Shown: positions 1 to 9,322, counted from the stretch's first letter. The stretch: 49,174 nt of DNA from Candidatus Bathyarchaeia archaeon (GCA_038883855.1 JAVZLH010000008.1:1-49174); one strand, 5' to 3'. Numbers and translations: made by a program. The notes: a model not told the origin generated them from the sequence alone.

Positions 1-212
1 AAGACAGGAACTTTCAATTCGTTGGCAAGCTTCAAAATTTCGGAAATCTCCTGAGCACTCCCAGGTTTAACCACCACAACACGCTCAGCAGGCTTAGGAC
101 GAACTCCTGGAGGAGTTTCATCAAGAATGTAGTCCTGTATGATGTCTTTTCCTATTAAAACATGTTCTTCTCCAACAATATCTTTTAATCTTTTTTCTAT
201 GGTGCTTAACAT
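1..212 (-). CDS. FAD-binding oxidoreductase (GlcD / D-lactate dehydrogenase family), N-terminal part, runs off window
   Basis: Manual translation from ATG at 212: MLSTIEKRLKDIVGEEHVLIGKDIIQDYILDETPPGVRPKPAERVVVVKPGSAQEISEILKLANELKVPV, a typical FAD_binding_4 N-terminus; not in the ORF track. Confidence 0.8.
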   Translation of the reverse strand, partial: MLSTIEKRLKDIVGEEHVLIGKDIIQDYILDETPPGVRPKPAERVVVVKPGSAQEISEILKLANELKVPV

Positions 213-732
213 TTCTTATTCACCGATTGTTAAAAAAGTATTTTAAAGGGTGTTCTTAAATCTTTTCCAGAATATGGCAATTAAAACATGTTTACTTTTA
301 CATTTTTCTTTATGTTTGGTGTTATGTTTGTTAGCGGGCTTAAACTATTAGAGTAACAAGATCCCCGTTGTGCTTTAAGGGTTTCTTGGTTTGCCATGTA
401 TTTTCAGTTTTCAAGTCTTAGGAGATTGTGAAAGTGCTATAAATCGCGCGTTGCACCATAAGATAAAGTCTTAGAAAATTCCTTCACAAAAACTCTTCCA
501 TTATGTTAATCACCCGGAATTCTAACCGTAGGAGTTACTGATCTTTCTGACACTATAAGAATCCTTAAAAGGGCTGGTATGTTGGCTCTTACATAAGAGA
601 ACGTGGTGAAATCTCCGCAAATCCACATTTTCTGCTCTTTTTCCGTTTTTGTTAGGTGTTTTTCATGCAAGTTGAGGTTTGCGCTAAGGGTTTCTGCTTA
701 AAGAAGCGTCAGAATTAATGAGAAGATAGGCT

Positions 733-754
733 TTGAATTCATGGATGAATTCAA
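733..754. promoter_or_regulatory. Perfect 10+2+10 palindrome, candidate operator
   Basis: TTGAATTCAT-GG-ATGAATTCAA in the divergent intergenic region 213-899. Confidence 0.45.
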
Positions 755-797
755 TGGCATCATGATATTTCGGAAGCGTAAATAACTTCGCCACCAT

Positions 798-826
798 TAT
801 GTCATATTATTCTATAGTATGTCATA
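798..826. promoter_or_regulatory. Two TATG-T-CATA palindromic boxes 20 bp apart, candidate operator
   Basis: TATGTCATA at 798-806 and 818-826, just upstream of an AT-rich TATA-like stretch (about 841-853) and the wHTH gene. Confidence 0.4.
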
Positions 827-899
827 AATCGTAATATAGGTTAAATTTTTAAATGTCTAAAACTAAATCAGGAAGGTATGTAGGGTAGGGTGATGTGCA

Positions 900-1244
900 A
901 TGGTTAAGAGTGGAGAGGAGGAGAGGGTTAAGCGCATCTTGACGGACTCGAAGCTTTCAGCCATTAAAGCAATGCTTGAGAAAGATCACGCCATAGACTG
1001 CATATTTCTACTGTATATGGACATGGGCAAGTGGAAGGAGGCGAAAGAGTTCATGCGCGAGAACGGCTTGACTTTGAGCGATGGTACTTTTAGGGCGAGG
1101 ATGATTGAGATTGAGGACTTGGGGTTGGCTAAGAGCGAGCGCATAGACCCGTTGAAGAAGAAGTATATGAAGACTGAGTTGGGGGAGAAAGTAGCGAAGC
1201 TTCTTTTGGAGTTCTTTGATAAACTGGCTGAAAGCGTTAAATAG
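900..1244 (+). CDS. Winged helix-turn-helix protein (HxlR/MarR-like putative regulator)
   Basis: LSDGTFRARMIEIEDLGL recognition helix followed by wing and KYMKTELGEKV; GGGTGA SD-like sequence upstream. Confidence 0.65.
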   Translation: MVKSGEEERVKRILTDSKLSAIKAMLEKDHAIDCIFLLYMDMGKWKEAKEFMRENGLTLSDGTFRARMIEIEDLGLAKSERIDPLKKKYMKTELGEKVAKLLLEFFDKLAESVK

Positions 1245-1517
1245 CATTAAACATTGCGAATTTGAGGCGTTTAGAAGCGGTTGCCTCAAAGCGGGGGTTA
1301 TGTAAAGGTCAATTTTACCCATATATGAACTGTTCAAAATTGATAGCCCCCTCTAATTTTTGGTTGCAGAGAATGCCAATATTGAGTCTAGCCCCTAGGT
1401 TTTTGTTTTGTTGCTTTGTTTTACGAATAAATAATATGGTGTATTAAGTCGTAAGATTTAAATCCTAAGCTTCCACTAAAATACACAACTAACCCTTAAG
1501 GAGGGATAAGAAAGAAA

Positions 1518-1937
1518 ATGAAAATATTGAAGAGTAAGAAAGCCCTAAGCCCCGTCGTCGCATCAATCATACTCATCGCCGTGACAGTCGCCGTCAGCAT
1601 TGCCGTCGCAGCATGGATGGGAGCCTTATCATTTATGTTCATGGGAGGCGCAGAACAACTAGAAGTTGGAACACCATGGGGATGGAAGTACAATTCAGTT
1701 AACGTAACGGTTGCAAACGCTGGAGGCTCAACAGTCATCATAGCTAGAGCGCGTGTCAACAACACGGAAATCGATATTAGCCCAGACATACAGTTGGCAC
1801 CAAAAGCCAGTCAAACCTTAACTATAACTCTACCGGCAGGTACAGGATGGAATTTCACGTCGAATTATCAGTACACTATAGTGATAATAACCAATAACAA
1901 CAAGGAATTCACAACGACTGGCATATGTTCGTACTAG
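1518..1937 (+). CDS. Archaeal type IV pilin-like protein (class III signal peptide)
   Basis: MKILKSKKA|LSPVVASIILIAVTVAVSIAVAAW prepilin motif, then a beta-rich domain with N-x-S/T sequons; GAGGG SD. Confidence 0.85.
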   Translation: MKILKSKKALSPVVASIILIAVTVAVSIAVAAWMGALSFMFMGGAEQLEVGTPWGWKYNSVNVTVANAGGSTVIIARARVNNTEIDISPDIQLAPKASQTLTITLPAGTGWNFTSNYQYTIVIITNNNKEFTTTGICSY

Positions 1938-2034
1938 CTCCTATCGTTTGTCTGTGAAAGTTGGGGGCAGGGTGAGTTAAAGCCTCTTTCAGTTTCCCTC
2001 TATTGTTCCCAGATGTTGGAGGTGTGTAAACAAA

Positions 2035-2460
2035 ATGGTGGTAGAAATAAAGGAGTACACTTCGGCTGAAGAAATAGCCGAAACCCTAGAAAAAGAAATA
2101 GCCGAAACAAAAAGCACGTTAGGCGAATACCTACGCCGACTAGACGAAATACGGGCTTTAGCTGAAAAATCAAAGAAAATCCGCGAAGTCGTCATGAAGT
2201 TGGCTGGAAAAAAGGCTACAAGCGAAAGCCTAGGCGAAATCACAATAGGCAACCTAAACATAGTCTTGGACGCAAACCCCTTCCATGAACTAACAGCCAT
2301 AGAAGAAGTTGTAAGAAGCTTCCAGGAAAGGCTATTGCTGTTACAGAAAACTCGTGAAGCATTGAAGTGGTTGGACCAGCTTGGAGACACAGAAGGTTTA
2401 AAGTATCTAGTGGTGGTCCATGACGGTGTACCAGAGCGCATTCTCTTCAAAATATCCTAG
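2035..2460 (+). CDS. Hypothetical protein, helix-hairpin-helix coiled coil (prefoldin-like topology)
   Basis: 141 aa ORF with GGAGGTG SD; two long amphipathic helices flank the beta-hairpin EITIGNLNIVL. Confidence 0.7.
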   Translation: MVVEIKEYTSAEEIAETLEKEIAETKSTLGEYLRRLDEIRALAEKSKKIREVVMKLAGKKATSESLGEITIGNLNIVLDANPFHELTAIEEVVRSFQERLLLLQKTREALKWLDQLGDTEGLKYLVVVHDGVPERILFKIS

Positions 2461-2473
2461 GCAGTCATAGGAT

Positions 2474-3298
2474 GTGGAATATATGGATACTGAGCTATAT
2501 TCTTTCGCTTTAAAGAGCGCGCTAAATGAAATAGTAAATGTCTACCCAGACATAACCAGCGCTTTCATTTTCAAAAAAGACAGAGAACTCATAATTGGAG
2601 ATGAAAAAACCCCTGAGAAAACAATTATGCAGGCTGTAAACCTTATTTACGGCATATTGGAAAAAGCCGAAGCTATTGGAGGTTTCAAGTGTACCACTAT
2701 TAACGGAAGCATGAATAGGCTAAACATTTTACGTATGGACGACTTTTACCTCGTTACAGTAACACCAACGCAGGCAGATGTAAACTGCGTAAATACTTTA
2801 ACTAACGTCTTAATACCCACGGTTCTTAAAATACTAGAGAAAATTCACCCTGCCCCAACTAAAGACACACAGCCACCAATGGAAGTAGAACTAGAACCAG
2901 AAAATCCGAAAAACAGGAAGCAAGAGAAAAATTTGGAAGAACCTTCCAAAGAAATCATGACGGAAGAAAAAACAGAAAGTGTTAAACATGAAACCCTACT
3001 CCCTGAACCCCCCGTAAGTCAACTCATTGTGGAAAATCTTGGTGGTTTACTTGTCCCATCAGACACTGTGCGCATTGACAATGCAGTGTTAATGCAATGG
3101 AGGGAACTTTACAAGGACAAAGAAATTGCAGAGGTTGAAGTTGAAACCTTTGATGGCAAGTCAACTCGATGCAAAGTCAAACCAATAAAAGATGCAAAAT
3201 ATGAAGGGAAGGGATTAATTCAGATGCCGGAGAAAATACAACTCACACTAGAAATCAAGAAAGGGGAGCTTGTCAGAGTTAAACCAGCAATTGAATAG
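2474..3298 (+). CDS. Roadblock/LC7-like N-domain + acidic Pro-rich linker + double-psi-beta-barrel-like C-domain
   Basis: N-terminal LNEIVNVYPDITSAFIFKKD pattern; C-terminal IQMPEKIQLTLEIKKGELVRVKP resembles the CDC48-N DPBB motif; start may be ATG 2483. Confidence 0.6.
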   Translation: MEYMDTELYSFALKSALNEIVNVYPDITSAFIFKKDRELIIGDEKTPEKTIMQAVNLIYGILEKAEAIGGFKCTTINGSMNRLNILRMDDFYLVTVTPTQADVNCVNTLTNVLIPTVLKILEKIHPAPTKDTQPPMEVELEPENPKNRKQEKNLEEPSKEIMTEEKTESVKHETLLPEPPVSQLIVENLGGLLVPSDTVRIDNAVLMQWRELYKDKEIAEVEVETFDGKSTRCKVKPIKDAKYEGKGLIQMPEKIQLTLEIKKGELVRVKPAIE

Positions 3299-3708
3299 TG
3301 GAGGACAATGTTATGACTAAGAAAAAGAAGGCGTTTCTGGAAGAGGCTGAAACCATGCCTAAACCCGCAGCTGTCGAAACAGCATCCGTGGATACTCTGC
3401 GGTCAAACCTTGAAGAAATTAAGACGTATGAAGGCATTATTGGCTATATCCTAAGAAACTCCACCTCTGCATCCATAGACCTCAAAGACCCAACGAAAAT
3501 TATCGACTACGCCATTCTTTCTTCTTCAGCGCTTAACGCAAGCGAGGAACTCTCGGAGCTTTTCAGTTTAGGCGAGCTAAAAAATGTAATAGTCGAAGGA
3601 AAAGACGCAAAAATGTTTTCTTTAACCGACGGCGCGAACAAAGTGAGCATTTTCTTAGAAAAAGACGCCGATCTAGAAAAGGTTTTAACTAAGCTCCGCC
3701 AACCTTAG
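3298..3708 (+). CDS. Roadblock/LC7 (MglB-like) domain protein
   Basis: LEEIKTYEGIIGYIL...AILSSSALNASEELSELFSLGELKNVIVEGKDAKM..VSIF gives the alpha-beta-beta-alpha-beta-beta-beta roadblock pattern. Confidence 0.75.
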   Translation: MEDNVMTKKKKAFLEEAETMPKPAAVETASVDTLRSNLEEIKTYEGIIGYILRNSTSASIDLKDPTKIIDYAILSSSALNASEELSELFSLGELKNVIVEGKDAKMFSLTDGANKVSIFLEKDADLEKVLTKLRQP

Positions 3709-4067
3709 AAAGGCCTTCCCCATTAGCTGGCTTGTTTCTTTACTTTTCCAATAAGTTTCTCTTTTCATTTTGCAATTATTAGAATGTTCAAATTCACTTT
3801 TCCCTAATCATTACTTGGGAGAAAGGAGCTTAGAGTCTTCAGAAGTAGAGGCTGTTTTGATGAATTTAGAAAAAAGCGAGGCAAAACACAGCAGTAATGT
3901 TCATCTAAATCTTCAGAAATTATTGCAGATATTCTTGAGCATTCCAAGAAAAGACTAAGATAACTTACATAAAAAGGGACTTTAAAACGCGGTCAGTGAA
4001 GATGGCAGCCTTGCCCCGGTTGGAATCAAAAAGGTAAAAATTTTGAGTATACAAGGGTTAAAAGCTC

Positions 4068-4385
4068 TTATGACGTGATTGTTTGGGTAAGAAATTTCCT
4101 GACATCATCATTAAGCCGTATTTTATGCCCTTCCTTATCAACTATCACAAAACCGTATTCTTTTAGGAACTGTATGGCGCTCACGATGCTACGTTTAGTT
4201 AATTGCGTCGTTTCCTGTATTTCCTCTAACGTATGCCATTTCCCATCGCTGAGCAACTCGATAATTTTCGCCATTTTTGTCGTCTCTGTATGTCCTCCAA
4301 CAGATGTATTAGCGTATATACCCATATGTACGCTTAAATTTTTATGAGGTTGTCTTTCAGAAGCTTTTTCTAGAACACCATTCAT
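4068..4385 (-). CDS. Small winged-HTH protein (start uncertain)
   Basis: IIELLSDGKWHTLEEIQETTQLTKRSIVSAIQFLKEYGFV wHTH pattern. Confidence 0.6.
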   Translation of the reverse strand: MNGVLEKASERQPHKNLSVHMGIYANTSVGGHTETTKMAKIIELLSDGKWHTLEEIQETTQLTKRSIVSAIQFLKEYGFVIVDKEGHKIRLNDDVRKFLTQTITS

Positions 4386-4443
4386 AATCAGATTCGTTTG
4401 ATAAACTCTTTATTCAAACAACATAAAAAGCGGAGAACACAAT

Positions 4444-5283
4444 ATGACAGAACAAACCAGCTGGCTAAACATCCTCATTAAATGCAAAGACAACATACAA
4501 AAACAGATTAACCCGCTATTAAAAACGCTTAAACAACCCCAGCCAGACTTAGGCATAGGGGCTGGCGGAGACCCGATAAAACAGATAGACTTAGCCGCGG
4601 AAAACGCCATAATAAATACACTCAAAGAACATGACATTTCTTTCACACTCATAAGCGAAGAATCAGGCATAAAAGAATACGGTGTAAGCCCTCATAAGCA
4701 TTATGTTACAGCAGACCCCATAGACGGAACAACAAACCTCACGAGAGGCATACCATTCTACGCCACATCAATCGCAGTCTCCACAAAACTAACATTAAAC
4801 ACCATACACACATCCCTTGTAGCAGACCTCTATCATGACATAACATACACGGCACAAAAAGGCAAAGAAGCCTACCGCAACAACCAAAAAATAGCCCCGT
4901 CAGAGACTACATCACTTGAAGAAGCGGTCATTGGAGTGGACTTAAACACCTACAAAGTCAGCCAGATTGCCCCACGCTTAACAAGTTTAATCCAAAGGAC
5001 AAGCCACATACGCCACCTCGGAGCCAACGCCCTCGAACTGTGCTACGTAGCAGATGGAACAACAGACGCCTTCATAGACATCCGTGGAAAACTCAGAGCA
5101 ACAGACACCGCAGCCGCATGGCTAATAATAAAGGAAGCAGGCGCAAAAATCACAACACCCGACGGAAAACCGTTAAACTTTAAGCTTGACCCAAAACAAA
5201 AAGTAACCTTCATAGCAGCCGCAAACCAAAAAATCCACAAAACAATACTGGACTTGTTAAATGCTGAAAAGGAAAAGAAATGA
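4444..5283 (+). CDS. Inositol monophosphatase / FBPase class IV family protein
   Basis: ISEE, DPIDGTTN, RHLGANALELCYVADG and D-x-AA motifs. Confidence 0.9.
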   Translation: MTEQTSWLNILIKCKDNIQKQINPLLKTLKQPQPDLGIGAGGDPIKQIDLAAENAIINTLKEHDISFTLISEESGIKEYGVSPHKHYVTADPIDGTTNLTRGIPFYATSIAVSTKLTLNTIHTSLVADLYHDITYTAQKGKEAYRNNQKIAPSETTSLEEAVIGVDLNTYKVSQIAPRLTSLIQRTSHIRHLGANALELCYVADGTTDAFIDIRGKLRATDTAAAWLIIKEAGAKITTPDGKPLNFKLDPKQKVTFIAAANQKIHKTILDLLNAEKEKK

Positions 5284-6122
5284 TAACGCCTTTACCCCCA
5301 CACCCAGCCGCCATAATAAAAACAAAAGAATCGCGGACACTGGTGATAGCAGACCTTCACATAGGATGGGAGATAGCCCTATCAGAAAAGGGAATACATG
5401 TTCCAACTCAGACGCTGAGACTTCTAAACAGACTGAAAGAAGTCATATCCGCATGTAAACCTGAACGCCTCTTAATCCTCGGCGACGTAAAACACACCGT
5501 AGCCAAAGCGGAAATAAGCGAGTGGCAAGATGTGCCAGAATTCTTCAATGACCTCAAAAAACAAGTAAATGAAGTCCAAATAATATACGGCAATCACGAC
5601 GGAAACCTTGAACCGCTTCTCCCAGAAAACATAAAAATTCTACCCACAACAGGCACGGTAATAGGCGAAATAGGCCTTTTCCACGGACACCGTTGGCCAT
5701 CCCCACTGCTTCTGAAATGTAAAACCTTGGTGATGGGACACGTTCATCCAGTTGTGTCGTTCCGCGACCCGGCAGGCTTCAGAATAACAAGACAAGTTTG
5801 GGTTAAAGCAAAATGTGACGCTGTCCAACTGGCAAAAACAGTGCTTTTGAAACATAAAATAAAGGTTGAAAACAGTCCCGGGGAAACACTATGGAGCCGC
5901 TACAGAATTAAGCCTAAAACCTCTCAGCTTTTCATAATGCCGTCCTTCAACGATTTTCTAGGAGGAAAACCGTTAAACGAAAAACTAGGCGAAAAAACGA
6001 GAAACGAGAAAATCGTAGGCCCTGTTCTCCGAGCAGAAGGAGTTGACATAGAAAACGCGGAAACATACCTTCTTGATGGAACATTTTTAGGAACCTTAAA
6101 ACACCTCCAACTTCCAAGCTAG
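5280..6122 (+). CDS. Calcineurin-like metallophosphoesterase
   Basis: ADLHIG, LGDVKH, GNHD, HGH and GHVHP motifs; ATGA overlap with upstream gene. Confidence 0.9.
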   Translation: MITPLPPHPAAIIKTKESRTLVIADLHIGWEIALSEKGIHVPTQTLRLLNRLKEVISACKPERLLILGDVKHTVAKAEISEWQDVPEFFNDLKKQVNEVQIIYGNHDGNLEPLLPENIKILPTTGTVIGEIGLFHGHRWPSPLLLKCKTLVMGHVHPVVSFRDPAGFRITRQVWVKAKCDAVQLAKTVLLKHKIKVENSPGETLWSRYRIKPKTSQLFIMPSFNDFLGGKPLNEKLGEKTRNEKIVGPVLRAEGVDIENAETYLLDGTFLGTLKHLQLPS

Positions 6123-6172
6123 CACAAAATTTATAGATGTAAAACTTCTTCAAACTAGAAAGGTGAAAGAAT

Positions 6173-6769
6173 ATGCCTTCAGAAGATGAGGATTTCCCAG
6201 AATGGTTTAGAAGAAGACGCTTCCCCTTCTTCAGAGGATGGTTCTTCGAGGACATCGACAGAATGTTCAGGGAAATGGAAAAAATGATGGAAGAAGAATT
6301 CAAAACTTTCACTTCGCGAATCCCGAAAGACTACGTTAGGGAACGCAAACTCCCAGACGGCTCAACAGTACGCGAGTGGGGCCCCTTCGTCTACGGTTAC
6401 AGCGTAAAAATAGGACCAGACGGGAAACCAGAGATACATGAGTTCGGAAACGTCAAACCTAGTCGTTTAGGACCTCAAGTTAAGGAAGAACGTGAACCCC
6501 TTGTAGACGTTATGGAGACAAACGGCGAAGTTCAAGTGGTTGCAGAGCTTCCAGGCGTTGAGAAGGAGGATATAAAGTTGCATGCAACTGAGGATACGTT
6601 AACGATTTCAGTTGACACACCGCAACGTAAATACTATAAAGAAGTAACATTGCCAGCAAAAGTGAATGTTAAAGAGGCGAAAACGGAATACAGAAATGGA
6701 GTTCTCGAAGTTAAACTGCCGAAGAAAGAAGAAAAGAAGCCTAAGGGCGAACCAATAAAAATAGAATAA
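6173..6769 (+). CDS. hsp20: Archaeal small heat shock protein Hsp20
   Basis: GPFVYGYSVKIGPDGKP, REPLVDV, AELPGVEKEDI and YRNGVLEV alpha-crystallin motifs. Confidence 0.93.
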   Translation: MPSEDEDFPEWFRRRRFPFFRGWFFEDIDRMFREMEKMMEEEFKTFTSRIPKDYVRERKLPDGSTVREWGPFVYGYSVKIGPDGKPEIHEFGNVKPSRLGPQVKEEREPLVDVMETNGEVQVVAELPGVEKEDIKLHATEDTLTISVDTPQRKYYKEVTLPAKVNVKEAKTEYRNGVLEVKLPKKEEKKPKGEPIKIE

Positions 6770-6808
6770 CCAATGTTCCATGTTTGACTCCTCAAAGCAT
6801 GTGCGCCT

Positions 6809-7219
6809 ATGACGGAAAATTCGGAAACCGACATATTAAGCGCCATATGCAAACAAGCTAAGGCTGAAGGAAAAATAACTGGAAAAAACCTAACAAAACT
6901 TTACGAAATTTTCGGACAAAGGTTCACAAAGGCCTTTGAAGCTCTACAGGAGGGGCGCGTTAAAAAATATGTCTTTAACCCCAGCGGCAGAACAGTGTGG
7001 ATTGTCGTTGGAAAGGAGAGAGACTATTTGATAATGCCGGAAGCAGAGTTTTGTACATGCGACGACTTCTACTTTCGAGTCTTAGACAAAAAGACACACT
7101 TATGCTATCACTTAATCGCACAAAAAATAGCTAAATCACTTGCATGGTACGAAACCATAGAAGAAAGAGACGAGCTTTACGACTCCTTAATGAACGAGTG
7201 GAAAAAGGCTACCGTTTAA
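6809..7219 (+). CDS. SWIM zinc finger protein
   Basis: FCTCDDF...LCYHLIA (CxC..CxH) SWIM signature. Confidence 0.85.
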   Translation: MTENSETDILSAICKQAKAEGKITGKNLTKLYEIFGQRFTKAFEALQEGRVKKYVFNPSGRTVWIVVGKERDYLIMPEAEFCTCDDFYFRVLDKKTHLCYHLIAQKIAKSLAWYETIEERDELYDSLMNEWKKATV

Positions 7220-7256
7220 ATACTTCAAACTGAATATTGGAGAGAGGATTCGCGAG

Positions 7257-7373
7257 ATGACCCCCGCAGAATACTTTGAAATGCTCAAGTACATCCTCAT
7301 GACAGCAACCTTCATCGCATTGGTTTTAATATTCCTATATGCCTTCTATGGCAAAGAGGAAAAAGCAAAGTAG
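7257..7373 (+). CDS. 38-aa single-pass membrane microprotein
   Basis: MTPAEYFEMLKYILMTATFIALVLIFLYAFYGKEEKAK with GGAGAGAGG SD; below ORF-track cutoff. Confidence 0.55.
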   Translation: MTPAEYFEMLKYILMTATFIALVLIFLYAFYGKEEKAK

Positions 7374-7381
7374 GATAGCGT

Positions 7382-7663
7382 TTACCGTCTTCTATACGAG
7401 ATCAAAAATATTATTATGCTTAAAACTGTAAGGATAAGAGCGAATAAAATTACCCAAGCTACGTGGGGTCCAGCTCCAAAGACTATTGGGATAAACCATA
7501 TGAAAATTACTCCACCTATATCCACTGAGCCGCCAGAAAGAAAAGCGGCAACAGCCAAAAGCACAACACCAACAAAAATTGCCAGAAACCCGATGGTGAA
7601 CATTAAAAAGAGTTTTTTGACCCCTCTTTCGTCGTTGCTTTCGCCTTCTTCACTTTCTGTCAA
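7382..7663 (-). CDS. DUF131 (TIGR00304-like) membrane protein
   Basis: GGVIFIWFIPIVFG motif flanked by TM helices. Confidence 0.8.
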   Translation of the reverse strand: MTESEEGESNDERGVKKLFLMFTIGFLAIFVGVVLLAVAAFLSGGSVDIGGVIFIWFIPIVFGAGPHVAWVILFALILTVLSIIIFLISYRRR

Positions 7664-7678
7664 GCTGCATGCTCTCCG

Positions 7679-7948
7679 TTATTTTAGCATTAAGTGAAAG
7701 AGCACCATGGCAATTATAAGCAGTATCGTTAGGGCTAAGGCAAGCCACAAAACGGTCTTTATTGATTCTTTATCTGTTCCAAAAACTATTGGAAAAAGCC
7801 CGATTATTATGGCTCCTCCGCCCTTCAATTTTCTTTCTCCCTTGGCGCTTTTCACAAACAGTAAAACAAGTGAAATTAGAATTACGAGTACCCCTATTAG
7901 AATTAGGGTTGCGCCCAAGCCGTAAAGTGTTTCTGGCGTCGCCGCCAC
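7679..7948 (-). CDS. DUF131 (TIGR00304-like) membrane protein, tandem paralog
   Basis: KGGGAIIIGLFPIVFGTD motif; likely GTG start at 7948 (the longer ORF-track call overlaps RPA). Confidence 0.8.
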   Translation of the reverse strand: MAATPETLYGLGATLILIGVLVILISLVLLFVKSAKGERKLKGGGAIIIGLFPIVFGTDKESIKTVLWLALALTILLIIAMVLFHLMLK

Positions 7949-8039
7949 TTTGTTCACATCCAAATTAGAAGGGCGGAAAAAGCCTCTAATAAACTTTATA
8001 GCGTATTTATTCATTGTCTTCAGCGGTATTGAAGCTGAA

Positions 8040-9200
8040 ATGAATGCGGAGGAAATCATTGCTAAAATACTTTCGGCGCATCCTGAAATTTCTAGAGGAG
8101 AAATTTTAGAGCGGTTGGAGAAGGCGCGGAAGAAGACTGGCGGTTTTATTTCTGATAATGTTCTTTTACGGATGATTGCGGTTGATTTTGGCGTTGAAAC
8201 TGGAGCGGATAAGGTTTTAACCCATGGGCTAATGTTTAAGGATTTGGTTCCAAATTTGAATGATGTCACTGTTTTCGGACGCGTTGTCGCCGTTTTTCCC
8301 TCTAAGACTTTTATGGGACGGAAAAGCGGTAAAGTGGCATGTTTACTTGTAGCGGATGAAAGCGGGGTTTTACGCGTTGTTTTATGGAATGATAAGGCTG
8401 ACATTGTTGAATCTGGCAAGATTAAAGTTGGGCAAATATTGCGTTTTTCTCACGGCTACACTAGGGAGGGGCTTGACGGAAAAGTTGAGCTACACATGGG
8501 TGGAAAAAGCGATGTGGAAATCGAACCAAAGGATATAGAGGCAGAGAAATACCCGACAATAGCTAAGTTCCTAACAAAGATTAAGGAACTATCCAAAGCA
8601 CATAAAGGTAAAAGAGTGAACTTGGCTGGTGTAGTAAAAGAACTGTTTCCATCATCAACTTTTCAAAGAAGCGATTCAACAGGAGGAAAAGTCATACGCT
8701 TCACCATAGCTGATGGCACTGGCGAGGTTGCTGTTGTTGTGTGGAACGATAAGGTTGACGAGGTTGAGAAGTTCTTGAAGAAAGGCGCTAAGCTAAATGT
8801 GGTAAATGCAAAGGTGAAAACCGGGCTTGGTAAGGGCTTAGAGGTTCACATTGACTCTGAAACTTATGTTGAAGCCGTTGAGCATACGGAAGAGTTTTCG
8901 AAAATTGCAGATTTAAAGGAAGGCTTAAACCACATAAATGTTAAGGGAGAAGTGGCATCTAAACCAATTACTAGAGAAGTGAAAACATCAAAAGGAGAAA
9001 ATGTAAAAGTTACAGTTTTCGAGTTAAAGGATGAAACAAGCAAAATATGGGTTTCAGCATGGCGAAAACACGCAGAAACAACCGGCGGTCTAAAAATAGG
9101 CGAAAAAATAATCATAAAAAACGCTTACGTCAAGAGGGGTTTTGGAGACCAACCCGAAATAACAACAAAAAACACAACAACAATAGAAAAACACAAATAA
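8040..9200 (+). CDS. rpa: Replication protein A / ssDNA-binding protein with three OB folds
   Basis: Repeated OB motifs ADESGVLRVVLWN, ADGTGEVAVVVWN and KDETSKIWVSAWR; N-terminal helical domain; ATG 8040 preferred. Confidence 0.88.
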   Translation: MNAEEIIAKILSAHPEISRGEILERLEKARKKTGGFISDNVLLRMIAVDFGVETGADKVLTHGLMFKDLVPNLNDVTVFGRVVAVFPSKTFMGRKSGKVACLLVADESGVLRVVLWNDKADIVESGKIKVGQILRFSHGYTREGLDGKVELHMGGKSDVEIEPKDIEAEKYPTIAKFLTKIKELSKAHKGKRVNLAGVVKELFPSSTFQRSDSTGGKVIRFTIADGTGEVAVVVWNDKVDEVEKFLKKGAKLNVVNAKVKTGLGKGLEVHIDSETYVEAVEHTEEFSKIADLKEGLNHINVKGEVASKPITREVKTSKGENVKVTVFELKDETSKIWVSAWRKHAETTGGLKIGEKIIIKNAYVKRGFGDQPEITTKNTTTIEKHK

Positions 9201-9322
9201 ATATTTTGGGAATTCAAGCCGCGACTCTTCAACCCTAATATCTGCGACTCAAACATAAATTGCTGTAAGAAATATTGAAATTCTCAATAAAATAATTTAG
9301 CTGCCTTCTGTGTTGGTCACTG

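Noticed and set aside
213-899. Long AT-rich intergenic region as a replication origin
   Set aside because: No recognisable ORB (TTCCAGTGGAAAC-like with G-string) repeats and no adjacent orc1/cdc6
2070-2108. 15-bp direct repeat AGAAATAGCCGAAAC
   Set aside because: In-frame EIAET duplication within a coiled coil; no sign of independent function
3770-3958. 62-aa ORF after the roadblock gene
   Set aside because: TTG start without SD, no recognisable motif, lies in AT-rich intergenic DNA
7949-8419. N-terminal 156 aa of the 246-aa minus-strand ORF 7679-8419
   Set aside because: Antisense shadow of RPA; only the C-terminal DUF131 part looks like a real protein
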